A model generated the notes under the pieces. The model was not told where the DNA came from and did no database searches. It saw only the letters and a program-made list of their open reading frames with translations. From positions 4,394 through 68,393 of the forward strand of contig JAHLFP010000006.1 in NCBI GenBank assembly GCA_018883715.1: 64,000 nt of DNA, in the 5' to 3' direction. The stretch's first letter is position 1. Every line of letters begins with the position of its first letter. A program made the position numbers and the translations under genes. The stretch is from Candidatus Allofournierella pullistercoris (GTDB lineage: Bacteria > Bacillota > Clostridia > Oscillospirales > Ruminococcaceae). Positions 47,185-58,500 of this stretch are shown one piece after another.

Positions 47185-47709
47185 ATCGCTACGAACGGCA
47201 AAAAAGATCTTGAGATCAACGAGGGCATTCGTGACAAAGAAATCCGCCTGATTGGTGCGGATGGCAGCCAGCTGGGTGTTATGTCCAGCCGGGAAGCTCT
47301 GCGACTGGCCGAGGAACAGAACCTGGATCTGGTGAAGATTGCCCCCCAGGCAGTACCCCCCGTGTGCAAAATTCTGGACTACGGAAAATACCGTTTTGAA
47401 CAGCAAAAGCGGGAAAAGGAAGCCAAGCGCAATCAGAAAGTTATTGAAATCAAGGAGATTCGTCTGTCCTTGAATATTGACACCAATGACTTTAACACCA
47501 AGGTCAACCAGGCCGCCAAGTTCCTCAAGGCAGGCCACAAGATCAAGGTTTCCATCCGCCTGCGTGGTCGTGAGATGGCTCACGCCGACCTGGGTCTGGA
47601 AGTGGAAAAGCGCTTCGCTGAAGCTTTGCCCGACGCAGTGGTGGATAAACAGCCCAAGCTGGAGGGCCGGAGCATGCAGATGTTCATGAGCCCCAAGCCC
47701 AATAAGTAA
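47185..47709 (+). CDS. infC: Translation initiation factor IF-3 (non-canonical ATC start)
   Basis: SD GGAGGTG, then ATC GCT ACG AAC...INEGIRDKEIRLIG in frame with the track ORF at 47281. Confidence 0.93.
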   Translation: MATNGKKDLEINEGIRDKEIRLIGADGSQLGVMSSREALRLAEEQNLDLVKIAPQAVPPVCKILDYGKYRFEQQKREKEAKRNQKVIEIKEIRLSLNIDTNDFNTKVNQAAKFLKAGHKIKVSIRLRGREMAHADLGLEVEKRFAEALPDAVVDKQPKLEGRSMQMFMSPKPNK

Positions 47710-47732
47710 TCAAATTCTAGGAGGAACTAAAA

Positions 47733-47930
47733 ATGCCTAAGATTAAAACCCATTCTGGTGCTAAAAAGCGTTTCAAGCTGACCAAAAACGGTAAGGTAAA
47801 GCGGGGTCCCGCCTTCCACAGCCACATCCTGACCAAGAAGAGCACCAAGCTCAAGCGCGGCATGCGTAAGAACGCTTATGCTGACAAGACCAACGCAGCA
47901 GCTATCAAGGCTATGCTGCCCTACGCCTAA
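47733..47930 (+). CDS. rpmI: 50S ribosomal protein L35
   Basis: [15 protein letters not shown]. Confidence 0.98.
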   Translation: MPKIKTHSGAKKRFKLTKNGKVKRGPAFHSHILTKKSTKLKRGMRKNAYADKTNAAAIKAMLPYA

Positions 47931-47994
47931 TTTTTTGGTTTAGGCAAGGCAAACCAAATTGTTTAAGATTGTGACTGTAAAGGAGATATAAACA

Positions 47995-48348
47995 ATGGCA
48001 CGTATTAAAGGCGCTATGATGACCCGCAAACGTAGAAAGAAGACTCTGAAGCTGGCTAAGGGCTACTACGGCAGCAAGTCCAAGCACTTCAAGATGGCAA
48101 AACAGCAGGTTATGAAGAGCGGTAACTACGCTTTCGTTGGCCGTAAGCTGAAAAAGCGTCAGTTCCGCAACCTGTGGATCATGCGCATCAACAACGCTGT
48201 TCGCGCTCAGGGCATGAACTACTCCAGCTTCATGAACGGCCTGAAGAAGGCTGGCATCGAGCTGAACCGTAAGATGCTGAGCGGGATGGCAATCAACGAT
48301 CCCGCTTCCTTCACCGCTCTGGTGGAGGCCGCCAAGAAGGCTCTGTAA
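47995..48348 (+). CDS. rplT: 50S ribosomal protein L20
   Basis: MARIKG...LAKGYYG...[10 protein letters not shown]...LNRKMLS. Confidence 0.98.
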   Translation: MARIKGAMMTRKRRKKTLKLAKGYYGSKSKHFKMAKQQVMKSGNYAFVGRKLKKRQFRNLWIMRINNAVRAQGMNYSSFMNGLKKAGIELNRKMLSGMAINDPASFTALVEAAKKAL

Positions 48349-48362
48349 GTTGATACATCACA

Positions 48363-48402
48363 AGCAACGCCCGCGCCTACGCACGGGCGTCGCTTTGTAT
48401 TT
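48363..48402 (+). terminator. Intrinsic terminator after rplT
   Basis: agcaacgcccgcg...cacgggcgtcgctttgtattt. Confidence 0.65.
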
Positions 48403-48422
48403 GTCCATAAGGAGCAATGTGT

Positions 48423-49220
48423 ATGGCAGAGTGTATTACCAGCCGAGAAAATTCCAAAATTAAATACGCCTGCAAGCTGGCACAAAGTGCAGCCTTCCGC
48501 CTTGAAGAACAAGCGTTCTTTGCGGAGGGCTTAAAGCTTTGTGAGGAGCTTGCAAAAACCTGCCCTTTAAAGGTAATATATTATACCCAAAAGGCGCTGG
48601 ACAAAGCCCCCCAGCTGGCACAGCTGGCTTGTGACCAGTATCTGGTGCAGGACCATGTGGCGGAAAAACTGGCGGGGATGCCCTCCCACCAAGGGGTGTT
48701 CGCCGTGTTTGGCTATCCCAAGGTGGAGTTCAGCCAGCTGCCCGCCGGGGGTCGATTCCTGGCACTGGACCGGGTGCAAGACCCCGGCAACGTGGGTGCA
48801 CTCATCCGTAGTGCCGCCGCCTTTGGCTATGACGGTGTGGTGCTGGGGCCGGGCTGTGCCGACCCGTACAGCCCCAAGGTGCTTCGCGCCAGCATGGGGG
48901 CAGTGGGGCAGATTCCGGTGGTGTCCTGTCCCAACCTGCCGGATGCGCTCCGCCAGCTTCACAGCATGGGCTGTGAATGCCTTGCGGCGGCCTTGTACAA
49001 CAGCCAGCCGCTGGATGCAGTGTGGATTCCCCCGGAAAAGGGACTGTGCCTTGCCATCGGAAGCGAAGGGCAGGGCCTGAGCCAGGCAGTGATTGATGTC
49101 TGCCAACGTGCGGTGCGGATTCCCATTACGCCCCGTGTAGAAAGTTTGAATGCCAGTGTGGCAGGCAGTGTTCTGCTGTGGCATTTCCGAGGAGAGATGA
49201 AAGGATGCAACAGCCTTTAA
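48423..49220 (+). CDS. TrmH/SpoU family RNA 2'-O-methyltransferase
   Basis: VQDPGNVGALIRSA, RASMG, IGSEGQG, ESLNASVA. Confidence 0.93.
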   Translation: MAECITSRENSKIKYACKLAQSAAFRLEEQAFFAEGLKLCEELAKTCPLKVIYYTQKALDKAPQLAQLACDQYLVQDHVAEKLAGMPSHQGVFAVFGYPKVEFSQLPAGGRFLALDRVQDPGNVGALIRSAAAFGYDGVVLGPGCADPYSPKVLRASMGAVGQIPVVSCPNLPDALRQLHSMGCECLAAALYNSQPLDAVWIPPEKGLCLAIGSEGQGLSQAVIDVCQRAVRIPITPRVESLNASVAGSVLLWHFRGEMKGCNSL

Positions 49221-50296
49221 GTTGGCTGTGGCTTGCCTGGGTACTGGGTGCCGGGGCGAAAACCGCAGAAGTATTACGGCTTTACCCCACCGCCCAGGAA
49301 CTTTTTGAAGCAGTGGGCAGAGAGGATATGCGGGGGCTGTTCACCGCCGCCCAGCAAAAGCGGCTGACCCAAGGCCGACCGGAGGATTTTGCCCCGGTAT
49401 GGGCAGAGTGCCAGCGGCTTGGGGTGCAGGTGATTACCTGGCAGGATGAAGCCTATCCGCCTCAGATGCGCCGGATTGAGGATGCCCCTTTGGTGCTTTA
49501 CTGCACCGGAAATCCACAGGCCCTACAGCAGGAGTGCATGGTGGCCTTGATTGGAAGCCGCCGTCCCAGCCAGTACGGGGTGGAAGTGGCTCGTGCCCTT
49601 AGCACCCAGCTTGCCCAGCAACAGGTATGTCTGGTAAGCGGTCTTGCAGATGGCCTGGACAGTGAGGCTCACAAGGCCAGCGTGGAGGCAAACGCTCCCA
49701 CCGTGGCGGTGCTGGGCACTCCCATCGACCGAACCTATCCGGCATCCAATCGAACCCTGCGCCGTAAGGTGGAGCAGGTGGGTGCGGTTATCAGCGAGTA
49801 TGCACCCGGCAGTTCCACCAGTGCCCGCCATTTTTTACAGCGCAACCGCCTGATTGCGGCGCTGAGTCACGGTGTCTGTGTGGTGGAAGCACGGGAAAAA
49901 AGCGGCACCATGAACACGGTACACCATGCCCAGCGGTATGACCGCCCGGTGTTTGCCGTACCTGGGGCAATTTTCAGCCCTCTTTGTGAGGGCACCAACC
50001 GACTGCTGGAAGATGGCCTTGCAAAGGCGGTCAGCAGTGGAAATGCAATCTTAAAAGGGCTGGGGCGAAGGGCCTCCTGTTCGGTGGAAACCACACCTGC
50101 AAAGGAAGAGCCAGCCTTCCCCCTCAGCCCGCAAGCGCAGCAGATGGCAAAGGTGCTGACCGCAAAGCCCCAATCGCTGGATGCGTTGGTGGCTGCCACC
50201 GGCCTTGCCGCCGGTGATGCCCTTGCCGCCCTGCTGGAGCTGGAATTATCTGGTCTTGCGCAAAGTGGCGCAGGAGGACAATATCGAAGCAGATGA
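49205..50296 (+). CDS. dprA: DNA-processing protein DprA
   Basis: IGSRRPSQYG, VSGLADGLDSEAH, QRNRLIA, EAREKSGT. Confidence 0.95.
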   Translation: MQQPLSWLWLAWVLGAGAKTAEVLRLYPTAQELFEAVGREDMRGLFTAAQQKRLTQGRPEDFAPVWAECQRLGVQVITWQDEAYPPQMRRIEDAPLVLYCTGNPQALQQECMVALIGSRRPSQYGVEVARALSTQLAQQQVCLVSGLADGLDSEAHKASVEANAPTVAVLGTPIDRTYPASNRTLRRKVEQVGAVISEYAPGSSTSARHFLQRNRLIAALSHGVCVVEAREKSGTMNTVHHAQRYDRPVFAVPGAIFSPLCEGTNRLLEDGLAKAVSSGNAILKGLGRRASCSVETTPAKEEPAFPLSPQAQQMAKVLTAKPQSLDALVAATGLAAGDALAALLELELSGLAQSGAGGQYRSR

Positions 50297-50352
50297 CAGG
50301 GTCATGAAAGAACAGACGGGTTGTTTCGGCTCTGTTTCAAGGGAGAAATGAT

Positions 50353-52458
50353 ATGTCAAAACTGGTTATTGTGGAGTCGCCTGCAAAGGCGAAAACCATT
50401 GGAAAATATCTGGGCGATGACTATACCGTTACCGCCAGCATGGGTCATATTCGGGATCTGCCCGCCAGTCAGCTGGGCATTGATTTGGAGCATGACTATG
50501 CACCCCAATACATCAACATCAAAGGCAAGGAAAAACTGATTAAAGAGCTGAAAAGCCAGGCCAAAAAGGCAAATCAAGTTTATCTTGCAACTGACCCGGA
50601 CCGTGAGGGCGAAGCCATCAGCTGGCATCTTGCCAACCTGCTGGGGCTAGACGTGAATCAGCCCAACCGGGTAACCTTTGGAGAAATCACCAAGAAAGGC
50701 ATTCAGGAGGGGATGTCCCATCCCCGTGCCATTGATTTGGATTTGTTCCATGCCCAGCAGGCACGGCGCATTCTGGACCGACTGGTGGGTTATAAACTCA
50801 GTCCCTTTTTGTGGCGAAAGGTGCGCCGTGGCCTGTCCGCAGGCCGGGTGCAGAGCGTGGCTGTGCGCCTGATTGTGGACCGGGAAAAGGAAATTGAGGA
50901 ATTCAAGCCCCAGGAATACTGGAACCTGGATGCGAGCCTGGTTGCACCCCAGTTGCAGGGCAAAACCCTGAACAAGGATAAACGTACTTTCTCTGCCCGG
51001 CTGTACGGCAGTGCGGCAGGCAAAAAGATGGAGGTAAAAAGCAAGGAAGAAGCGGATGCCATCGTACAGGCGCTGGAGGGCAAGGACTACACCGTGACCA
51101 AGCTCACCACCGGAAACCGCCGAAAAGTACCCGCTCCCCCGTTCATTACTTCCACCTTGCAGCAGGAGGCAAGTCGCCGACTGGGCTTTACCGCCCTGCG
51201 CACCATGCGTGCGGCCCAGACCTTGTATGAAGGTGTGGATGTGGCAGGACACGGCACCATGGGTTTGATTACCTACATGCGTACCGACAGCCTGCGCATC
51301 TCGGATGAAGCGGTGGCCGGCGCAAAGGACTACATCACCGGCGCCTATGGCGAGCGGTATGTCTGCCCCAAAAAACGCACCTACAAAAGCCGCAATGCCA
51401 CCGCCGCACAGGATGCCCACGAAGCCATCCGTCCCAGTGTGCCAAGCCTGACTCCGGACGAGGTGGAAAAGAGCATTTCTGGCGATATTGCAAAGCTGTA
51501 CCGCTTGATTTGGAGCCGGTTTATCGCAAGCCAGATGAGCGATTGCGAACAGGATACCGTCAGCGCCCAGATTACCGCAGGGGACTACCAGTTCCGTGCC
51601 AGCGGCTATGTGGTCACCTTTGAGGGCTTCACCGCCTTGTACGAGGAAGCCAGCGACGAGAAGGAAAAGAAGGAAACCGCACTGCCCCCCTTGCAGGAAG
51701 GCCAGGTACTGGACCTTCAGCAGTTGCGTCCGGAGCAGAAATTCACCCAGCCCCCCGCCCGCTACACCGAGGCGACGCTGATTCGCAGTTTGGAGGAAAA
51801 CGGCATCGGTCGTCCCTCCACCTATGCGCCCATCATTACCACCATCATCGACCGTGGCTATGTGGAACGGGACCAGAAAAAACTGAAACCCACCTTGCTG
51901 GGACGCACCATCAACGATTTGATGCTTCAGGAGTTCCCGGACATTGTGGACGTGACTTTTTCCGCCGGCATGGAGAAAAAGCTGGATAAGGTGGAAAACG
52001 GAAGCGAGGACTGGCACAAGACCATTGATACCTTCTATCAGGGTTTTTCCAAGGCACTGGAACAGGCGGAAAAGGACATGGAAGGCAAGAAAATCAAGGT
52101 GCCGGACGAGGAAACCGACGAGGTTTGCGAAAAATGCGGCCGCAAGATGGTTATTAAAATTGGCCGATATGGAAAATTCCTGGCCTGCCCCGGCTTCCCG
52201 GAATGTACCAACACCAAACGTCTGGTGAAGGACACCGGAGGCAAATGCCCCAAGTGTGGCGCACGGATGCTCCAGCGCAAGAGCGCAAAGGGAAGAATCT
52301 ATTACGGCTGTGAAAACAACCCCAAATGTGATTTTATGACCTGGGACGAGCCACTGCCCGAAAAGTGCGAAAAATGCGGTGCAACCCTCTTTAAAAAGGG
52401 AAGCCGTCTCTACTGCGCAAAAGAGGGCTGTGACTTTGAAAAGCAGATTGTAAAATAA
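50353..52458 (+). CDS. topA: DNA topoisomerase I
   Basis: LVIVESPAKAKTI, ATDPDREGE, SAGRVQS, ITYMRTDS, C-terminal Zn ribbons. Confidence 0.98.
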   Translation: MSKLVIVESPAKAKTIGKYLGDDYTVTASMGHIRDLPASQLGIDLEHDYAPQYINIKGKEKLIKELKSQAKKANQVYLATDPDREGEAISWHLANLLGLDVNQPNRVTFGEITKKGIQEGMSHPRAIDLDLFHAQQARRILDRLVGYKLSPFLWRKVRRGLSAGRVQSVAVRLIVDREKEIEEFKPQEYWNLDASLVAPQLQGKTLNKDKRTFSARLYGSAAGKKMEVKSKEEADAIVQALEGKDYTVTKLTTGNRRKVPAPPFITSTLQQEASRRLGFTALRTMRAAQTLYEGVDVAGHGTMGLITYMRTDSLRISDEAVAGAKDYITGAYGERYVCPKKRTYKSRNATAAQDAHEAIRPSVPSLTPDEVEKSISGDIAKLYRLIWSRFIASQMSDCEQDTVSAQITAGDYQFRASGYVVTFEGFTALYEEASDEKEKKETALPPLQEGQVLDLQQLRPEQKFTQPPARYTEATLIRSLEENGIGRPSTYAPIITTIIDRGYVERDQKKLKPTLLGRTINDLMLQEFPDIVDVTFSAGMEKKLDKVENGSEDWHKTIDTFYQGFSKALEQAEKDMEGKKIKVPDEETDEVCEKCGRKMVIKIGRYGKFLACPGFPECTNTKRLVKDTGGKCPKCGARMLQRKSAKGRIYYGCENNPKCDFMTWDEPLPEKCEKCGATLFKKGSRLYCAKEGCDFEKQIVK

Positions 52459-52477
52459 CAGGTACAACGGAGAACCT

Positions 52478-53788
52478 ATGGAACAAAGAGTAACAATTTT
52501 AGGCGCTGGCCTTGCAGGCTGTGAAGCCGCTTTGTGGCTTGCTAACCAAGGGGTACAGGTGGATTTGTACGAGCAAAAGCCCACCAAATTCAGCGCTGCC
52601 CATAAAAGCCCCGGCTTTGCAGAGCTGGTTTGCTCCAACAGCTTGAAAGCGGACCGATTGGATTCCGCCTCCGGCCTTTTGAAAGCGGAGATGAAACTAC
52701 TCGGCTCCAGCCTGCTGACAGCGGCGGAGAACACCCGTGTGGCGGCAGGTGGTGCCTTGGCAGTGGACCGGGATCTGTTCAGCCAGCAGGTGACCCAGAT
52801 GGTGAAAAACCATCCCTGCATCACCATCCACGAGCAGGAAGTCACCACCATCGACCCCCAGCAGCTGACCCTGGTTGCCACTGGCCCGCTCACCGAAGGG
52901 GCATTGGCGGAGGAAATCGGCCGACTGACCGGAAATGACAAGCTGAGTTTCTACGATGCGGCGGCGCCCATTGTAACGGCGGAGAGCATCGACATGAGCA
53001 AGGTGTTTGCCGCCAGCCGCTATGGACGGGGGGATGCGGACTACCTGAACTGCCCGTTTAATAAAGAGGAATACGAGGCATTCCATCAGGAACTTACCCA
53101 GGCAGAACGTGCTCCTCTCCATGACTTTGAGGGCAAGCTGACGGTGTACGAAGGCTGTATGCCCATTGAGGTGATGGCAGGTCGTGGTGCGGACACCATG
53201 CGGTATGGCCCCCTGCGCCCGGTGGGACTGACCAACCCCCACACCGGACACCGCCCCTGGGCAAACGTCCAGCTTCGGCGGGAAAATGCAGAGGCAAGTC
53301 TTTACAATCTGGTGGGATTCCAGACCAACCTGAAATTTGGGGAGCAAAAACGAGTGTTCTCCATGATTCCGGGACTGGAAAACGCAGAGTTTGTCCGCTA
53401 CGGTGTAATGCATCGGAACACCTTTTTGAACAGCCCCCATCTGTTGAGCCAGGAACTGCACCTGAAAGAGCATGAAAATGTCTTCTTTGCAGGTCAGATT
53501 ACCGGCTTTGAGGGCTATATGGAAAGTGCCGCCTGTGGCCTGCTTGCCGCCCGGAGCATCTGGGCACGGCTGAATGGCCGCAGTCTGCCCCAGCTTCCCG
53601 CTTTTACCATGTTGGGACAGCTGGTGCGCTATATCACAACCGAGAATAAAAACTTCCAGCCCATGGGTGCCAATATGGGCATTCTGCCGGGACTGGAACA
53701 GCCCATTCGGGATAAACGAGAACGCTATCTTGCACTGGCCCAGCGTGCAGTGCAGGCCATGGAAGAGTGGGAGCGTCAAACACGCTGA
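52478..53788 (+). CDS. trmFO: Folate/FAD-dependent tRNA (U54) methyltransferase
   Basis: GAGLAGCEAA, ELVCSNS, YNLVGFQT, RYGVMHRNT, FQPM. Confidence 0.97.
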   Translation: MEQRVTILGAGLAGCEAALWLANQGVQVDLYEQKPTKFSAAHKSPGFAELVCSNSLKADRLDSASGLLKAEMKLLGSSLLTAAENTRVAAGGALAVDRDLFSQQVTQMVKNHPCITIHEQEVTTIDPQQLTLVATGPLTEGALAEEIGRLTGNDKLSFYDAAAPIVTAESIDMSKVFAASRYGRGDADYLNCPFNKEEYEAFHQELTQAERAPLHDFEGKLTVYEGCMPIEVMAGRGADTMRYGPLRPVGLTNPHTGHRPWANVQLRRENAEASLYNLVGFQTNLKFGEQKRVFSMIPGLENAEFVRYGVMHRNTFLNSPHLLSQELHLKEHENVFFAGQITGFEGYMESAACGLLAARSIWARLNGRSLPQLPAFTMLGQLVRYITTENKNFQPMGANMGILPGLEQPIRDKRERYLALAQRAVQAMEEWERQTR

Positions 53789-53816
53789 ATCATAAAATAA
53801 AGGGGTGTGCAATCGA

Positions 53817-54824
53817 ATGAGAATTGTTTTAGATGCCATGGGTGGCGACCATGCACCGGGAGAAATCCTGAAAGGTGCTGTGGATGCAGTTACAACCTTT
53901 TGGCCCAATTTGAAGATTCTGGCAGTGGGTAACGCCCAGTTGCTGGAGGAAACTGCCCGTCAGCTTTCACTGGATCTGCGCAACATCGAGATTATCAATG
54001 CCACCCAAGTAATTGATATGTGCGATGAGCCAGCTAAGGCAATTCGCCAGAAAAAGGATTCCAGCATGGTGGTGGCCTTGCGGATTCTGGCAGAGGGCAA
54101 GGCGGATGCCATGGTAAGTGCAGGCTCCACCGGAGCACTTCATGTGGGCACCAGCCTTTTGGTGCGCACCGTGCCGGGGGTAAAGCGTCCGGCTCTCGCC
54201 ACCGTTATCCCGGGCAAAAGCCCCTTCCTGCTGCTGGACTGCGGCGCAAATGTGGAGTGCCGCCCTGCCATGCTGGAAGCCTTTGGTGTGATGGGAAGCG
54301 TGTACATGCAACAGGTCATGGGCATCCAAAGCCCCCGTGTGGCACTGGTGAACAATGGTGCAGAGGAAAGCAAGGGAACCCCCACCTATGTACAGGCGCA
54401 CCAACTGCTGAAAGCAAACCCCCACCTGAATTTTGTGGGCAACCTGGAACCCCGGGATATTCCGGAAGGTCTGGCCGATGTGGTGGTGGCAGATGGCTTC
54501 ACCGGAAATGTGATTTTGAAGCTGACCGAGGGACTTGCTCGTTACTTTGGGGGTAAGTTAAAAGGTTTGTTTACCCAGGGCCTTTTGGGAAATCTTGCCT
54601 ATCTGCTGGTGAAGCGGGGCGTTTCGGATTTCAAAAAAGGCATGGACGCAGATGAATACGGCGGCGCCCCCTTCCTGGGAGCGGCTCGCCCGGTGATCAA
54701 GGCCCACGGTTCCGCCAAGGCCAGAGCCATTCATCAGGCCATTGGCCAGGCAATTCGATGCGTGGAACAGGATTTGTGCGGCATGATGGCGGAGCAGTTG
54801 AGCCGCCAGGAGGAAGAGGCGTAA
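53817..54824 (+). CDS. plsX: Phosphate acyltransferase PlsX
   Basis: DAMGGDHAP, SAGSTGA, LLDCGAN, DGFTGNV, KAHGS. Confidence 0.96.
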   Translation: MRIVLDAMGGDHAPGEILKGAVDAVTTFWPNLKILAVGNAQLLEETARQLSLDLRNIEIINATQVIDMCDEPAKAIRQKKDSSMVVALRILAEGKADAMVSAGSTGALHVGTSLLVRTVPGVKRPALATVIPGKSPFLLLDCGANVECRPAMLEAFGVMGSVYMQQVMGIQSPRVALVNNGAEESKGTPTYVQAHQLLKANPHLNFVGNLEPRDIPEGLADVVVADGFTGNVILKLTEGLARYFGGKLKGLFTQGLLGNLAYLLVKRGVSDFKKGMDADEYGGAPFLGAARPVIKAHGSAKARAIHQAIGQAIRCVEQDLCGMMAEQLSRQEEEA

Positions 54825-54828
54825 CGTT

Positions 54829-55494
54829 ATGCATGAATTAGAACGAAAAATTGGCTATACCTTCCGCAACCCTCAGCTTTTGGAAACAGCACTCACCCAT
54901 ACCAGCTTTGCCAATGAAAGCAAAACCCCCATCCGGCACAACGAACGGCTGGAATTTTTGGGGGACAGTGTGCTGGGCATTGTGGTGGCGGATTATCTGT
55001 TCCATCAATGGAAGGACCGGCCGGAGGGGGAACTGACCCGTACCCGTGCCAGCCTTGTGTGCGAGAGCGCATTGTACGAATTTGCGAAGGAAATTCATCT
55101 GGGCAGTTTTCTGCGCCTTGGTAAGGGAGAAGAACGTGGGGGTGGACGCAACCGCCCCAGCGTGGTATCCGATGCTTTTGAGGCACTGATTGCCGCTTTG
55201 TATCTGGATGGCGGACTGGAAGTAGCCCGCAATTTTATCCTGCCGTTCCTGTCTGAGGGCAAGGCGGCGGATGCAGATTACAAGACACAGCTACAGGAAG
55301 TGGTACAGCAAAACCCGGAAGAGCGTCTGCATTACGAGCTGAAAGCCGAACAAGGCCCGGATCACGACAAGCGTTTTGTCATGGCGGTTTACCTGAACTC
55401 CAACCAGATTGGAGAGGGAACCGGTCACAGCAAAAAAGCGGCAGAACAGGCCGCCGCAAAGGAAGCCTTGCGCCTGATGGGACTGGTGCCTTAA
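54829..55494 (+). CDS. rnc: Ribonuclease III
   Basis: NERLEFLGDSVL, DAFEALIAALYLD, dsRBD. Confidence 0.98.
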   Translation: MHELERKIGYTFRNPQLLETALTHTSFANESKTPIRHNERLEFLGDSVLGIVVADYLFHQWKDRPEGELTRTRASLVCESALYEFAKEIHLGSFLRLGKGEERGGGRNRPSVVSDAFEALIAALYLDGGLEVARNFILPFLSEGKAADADYKTQLQEVVQQNPEERLHYELKAEQGPDHDKRFVMAVYLNSNQIGEGTGHSKKAAEQAAAKEALRLMGLVP

Positions 55495-55516
55495 TTTGAT
55501 ACCTTAGGAGAAATCT

Positions 55517-58500
55517 ATGCTGTTAAAAGAACTGGAAATCCAGGGCTTCAAAAGCTTTCCCGATCGGGTGCGCATCCCCATTGACCAGGGTATTACAGCG
55601 GTGGTGGGGCCGAATGGCTCTGGCAAAAGTAATATCTCGGATGCCATCCGCTGGGTGCTGGGAGAAACCAGCAGTCGCCAGCTGCGTGGCACAGGAAAGA
55701 TGGAAGATGTAATTTTTGGCGGTACCCAAAGCCGGGGTGCAATGGGATTTGCCAGCGTCAACCTGACAGTGGATAACACAGACCGCCGCATTGACGTGGA
55801 TGCGGACGAGGTGGTCATTGGCCGAAAATGCTACCGCAGTGGGGAAAGTGAATACACCATCAACGGCAAGCCGGTGCGCCTGAAAGATATCTATGAACTG
55901 CTTTTGGACACCGGCCTTGGCAGGGATGGTTACTCCATCATTGGGCAGGGACGCATTGCGGAAATTGTGGGCGCAAAAAGTGCCCAGCGCCGGGAAATTT
56001 TTGAGGAAGCCAGCGGCATTGCCCGCTATCGCTATCGCAAAAACGAAGCCCAGCGTCGTCTTGCCAGTGCCGAGGACAATTTGGAACGGTTACGGGATAT
56101 TCTGGATGAACTGGAAAGCCGGGTACAGCCCCTGGAGCGGGAGAGCAAAAAGGCGGAACAGTTTTTAAAACTCGCCGCCCGCCGCAAGGAGCTGGAAGTG
56201 ACCCTGTGGGTGGACAGTGTGAAACAAACACGGGAAACCATGCGCCAGCAACAGCGGCTTTTTGAAACCGCCCAGGCGGACTACCAGCGGCTGAGCACCG
56301 AGCTGGAAAAATTGGAGGAGGACACCGAGCAGGTGCGCCACCAGATGAACCAGCTTACCATCCAGGTGGAACAGCACCAGCAGGAAATTCGCACCATTAC
56401 CCAGCAACAAGCGGGCAGTGAAAGCCAGATTGCGGTGTTGCAAACCAAGATGGAGCACAATCTGGAATCCATCCAGAACCTGCGCCGGGAAATGGAAGAG
56501 AGCGACGAGGGACAAAAAAGTTACCTGACCGAAAAGCAACGCTTGACCCAGGAGGGTGACGCCCTTGCAGAGAAAAAGGAGCAGCTTTCCCGAACCGCCC
56601 GCCAGCTGGAGCAGGAACTGGCCCACTTGGCCGAGGAAAACACGAAATCCGGTGCACAGCGGGGAGAACTTACCGCCTTGCTGTCCCAGTTGTCCCAGCA
56701 ACATACCGATGCAAAGGTAAAGGCCGCAAGCTGTGAAGCGGCGGCACAGACCGCACTGGAACAGCTGGAACAGCAGGCAAACCAGCGCCAGCAACACCAG
56801 CAGGCACAGGACTCCCTCCAGCAGGAGGAGGGAGAAACCCAGCGGTATCTGGAGACCGTCAACCGGAACGTGACCCGGCTGGAAAACATCCGTCAAGGCT
56901 TACAGCTGAAACTGGAAAACCGCACCCAGCTTCACCAGCAGGCACAGGCAACTGCCCATCAAGCCACCCGCCAGCGGGAGGGTGTGGCACAGCGGTTGCA
57001 GGTGCTGAAGGATTTGGAGCGGAACATGAACGGCTATCAGCACAGCGTAAAAACCGTAATGCGTGCCGCACAGAATCACCGTCTTGGCGGTATCATTGGC
57101 CCGGTGAGCGGGATTTTGACCGTAAAGCCCGGCTATGAGGTAGCCATTGAAACCGCCCTTGGATTTGCTTTGCAAAACATTGTGGTGGAGCATGAACAGG
57201 CCGCAAAGTCCGCCATTGCTTTCCTGCGACAGGAGCGGGCAGGCCGAGCCACCTTCCTGCCTTTGGACACGGTAAAAGGAACCGTCTTTGATGGCTCCCG
57301 GCTGTCCGGCAGTGCCCGGGTGGCATCCAGCCTGGTGGAATACGACCCCCGCTACCAGCAGATTGTGGCAAACCTGCTGGGACGGATTGTGGTGGTAGAT
57401 GAACTGGAAGAAGCCAGCCAGGTGGCACGCAAACTGGACTATCGCAACCGGATTGTGACGGTGGATGGGCAGGTTATCAACGCCGGCGGCTCCTTTACAG
57501 GTGGTAGCGTCAGCCAGTCCGCTGGTGTGTTTACCCGCCGACAGGAAATTGAGGAACTGGAAAAACGGCTGGCCCAGCTGGACAAACGCCAGCAGGAGGC
57601 CCAGACCCAGCTGGAAGAGCTGGAACAGGAGATGAACACCCTGACCGCCCAGCTGGAACAAGCGGCGCAACAGGCTTCCACCGCAAAACACGACCAGGTG
57701 CGAGCCAGCACCGAGCTGGAGCGGATTCAGGCCGCCCTGCAAACCAGCCGGGAGCAAGCCCGCCAGCAAACTGCCCTCTCTGAGCATTTAAGCGGACAGC
57801 TGGAGCAACAGCGGGGGGACAAAACCCGTGCCGAGGCCCAGCAGCAGCATCTGGCGGGGCAGATTGCCCAGCTGGAAGAGCAGCTTCGTCAGCTTGCTGG
57901 GGCAGATGACGACTTTTTGCGCAGACGCAGTGAGCTGAGCGAACGGCTGAGCCAGACCCAGCTGGAACATCTGTCCACCCAAAAGGATCTGGATATGAAT
58001 CGCTCCGCTTTGGAACAGCTGGACACCCGCCATAAAGAAAGCCATGCCCGGATGCACCAGCTGGAGGAAAACATCCAGCGTCTGGAGGGGGAAAACAAGA
58101 CCCACCAGCAGGAGATTGAAACCATTCATACCACCAAGGCTCAGCAGCTGGAGCGGATTGCTCAGCTGGAACAGAGCATTCAGGATGCGGTTGCACTGCG
58201 TATGGAAAAGGAAGGCAGTATCAGCCAGCAGATGCAACACCAGCGCCGGGTTGCAGATGACCGGGAAAAGATGAGCCAGGAAATTGCCCGTCTGAACGAG
58301 AGAAAAGCCGGGGCAGAAAAGGAATACGACCAGGTGATTGCAAAGCTGTGGGAGGAATACCAGCTGACCTTAAGCGATGCGCAAAGCCTGTGCGTGCCTT
58401 ATGAAAGTCTGGTGCAACTGCGTCAGGAAGTGATGCAGACCCGCAGTCAAATCCGCAGTTTGGGCAACGTAAACGTGGGCGCCATCGAGGAATATCAGGA

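Noticed and set aside
50647-52941. 764-aa antisense ORF over topA, and similar long shadows (425-1747, 13919-14920, 25688-26716, 35782-36897, 43228-45051)
   Set aside because: Antisense shadows of GC-rich conserved genes; no recognisable motifs or SD.
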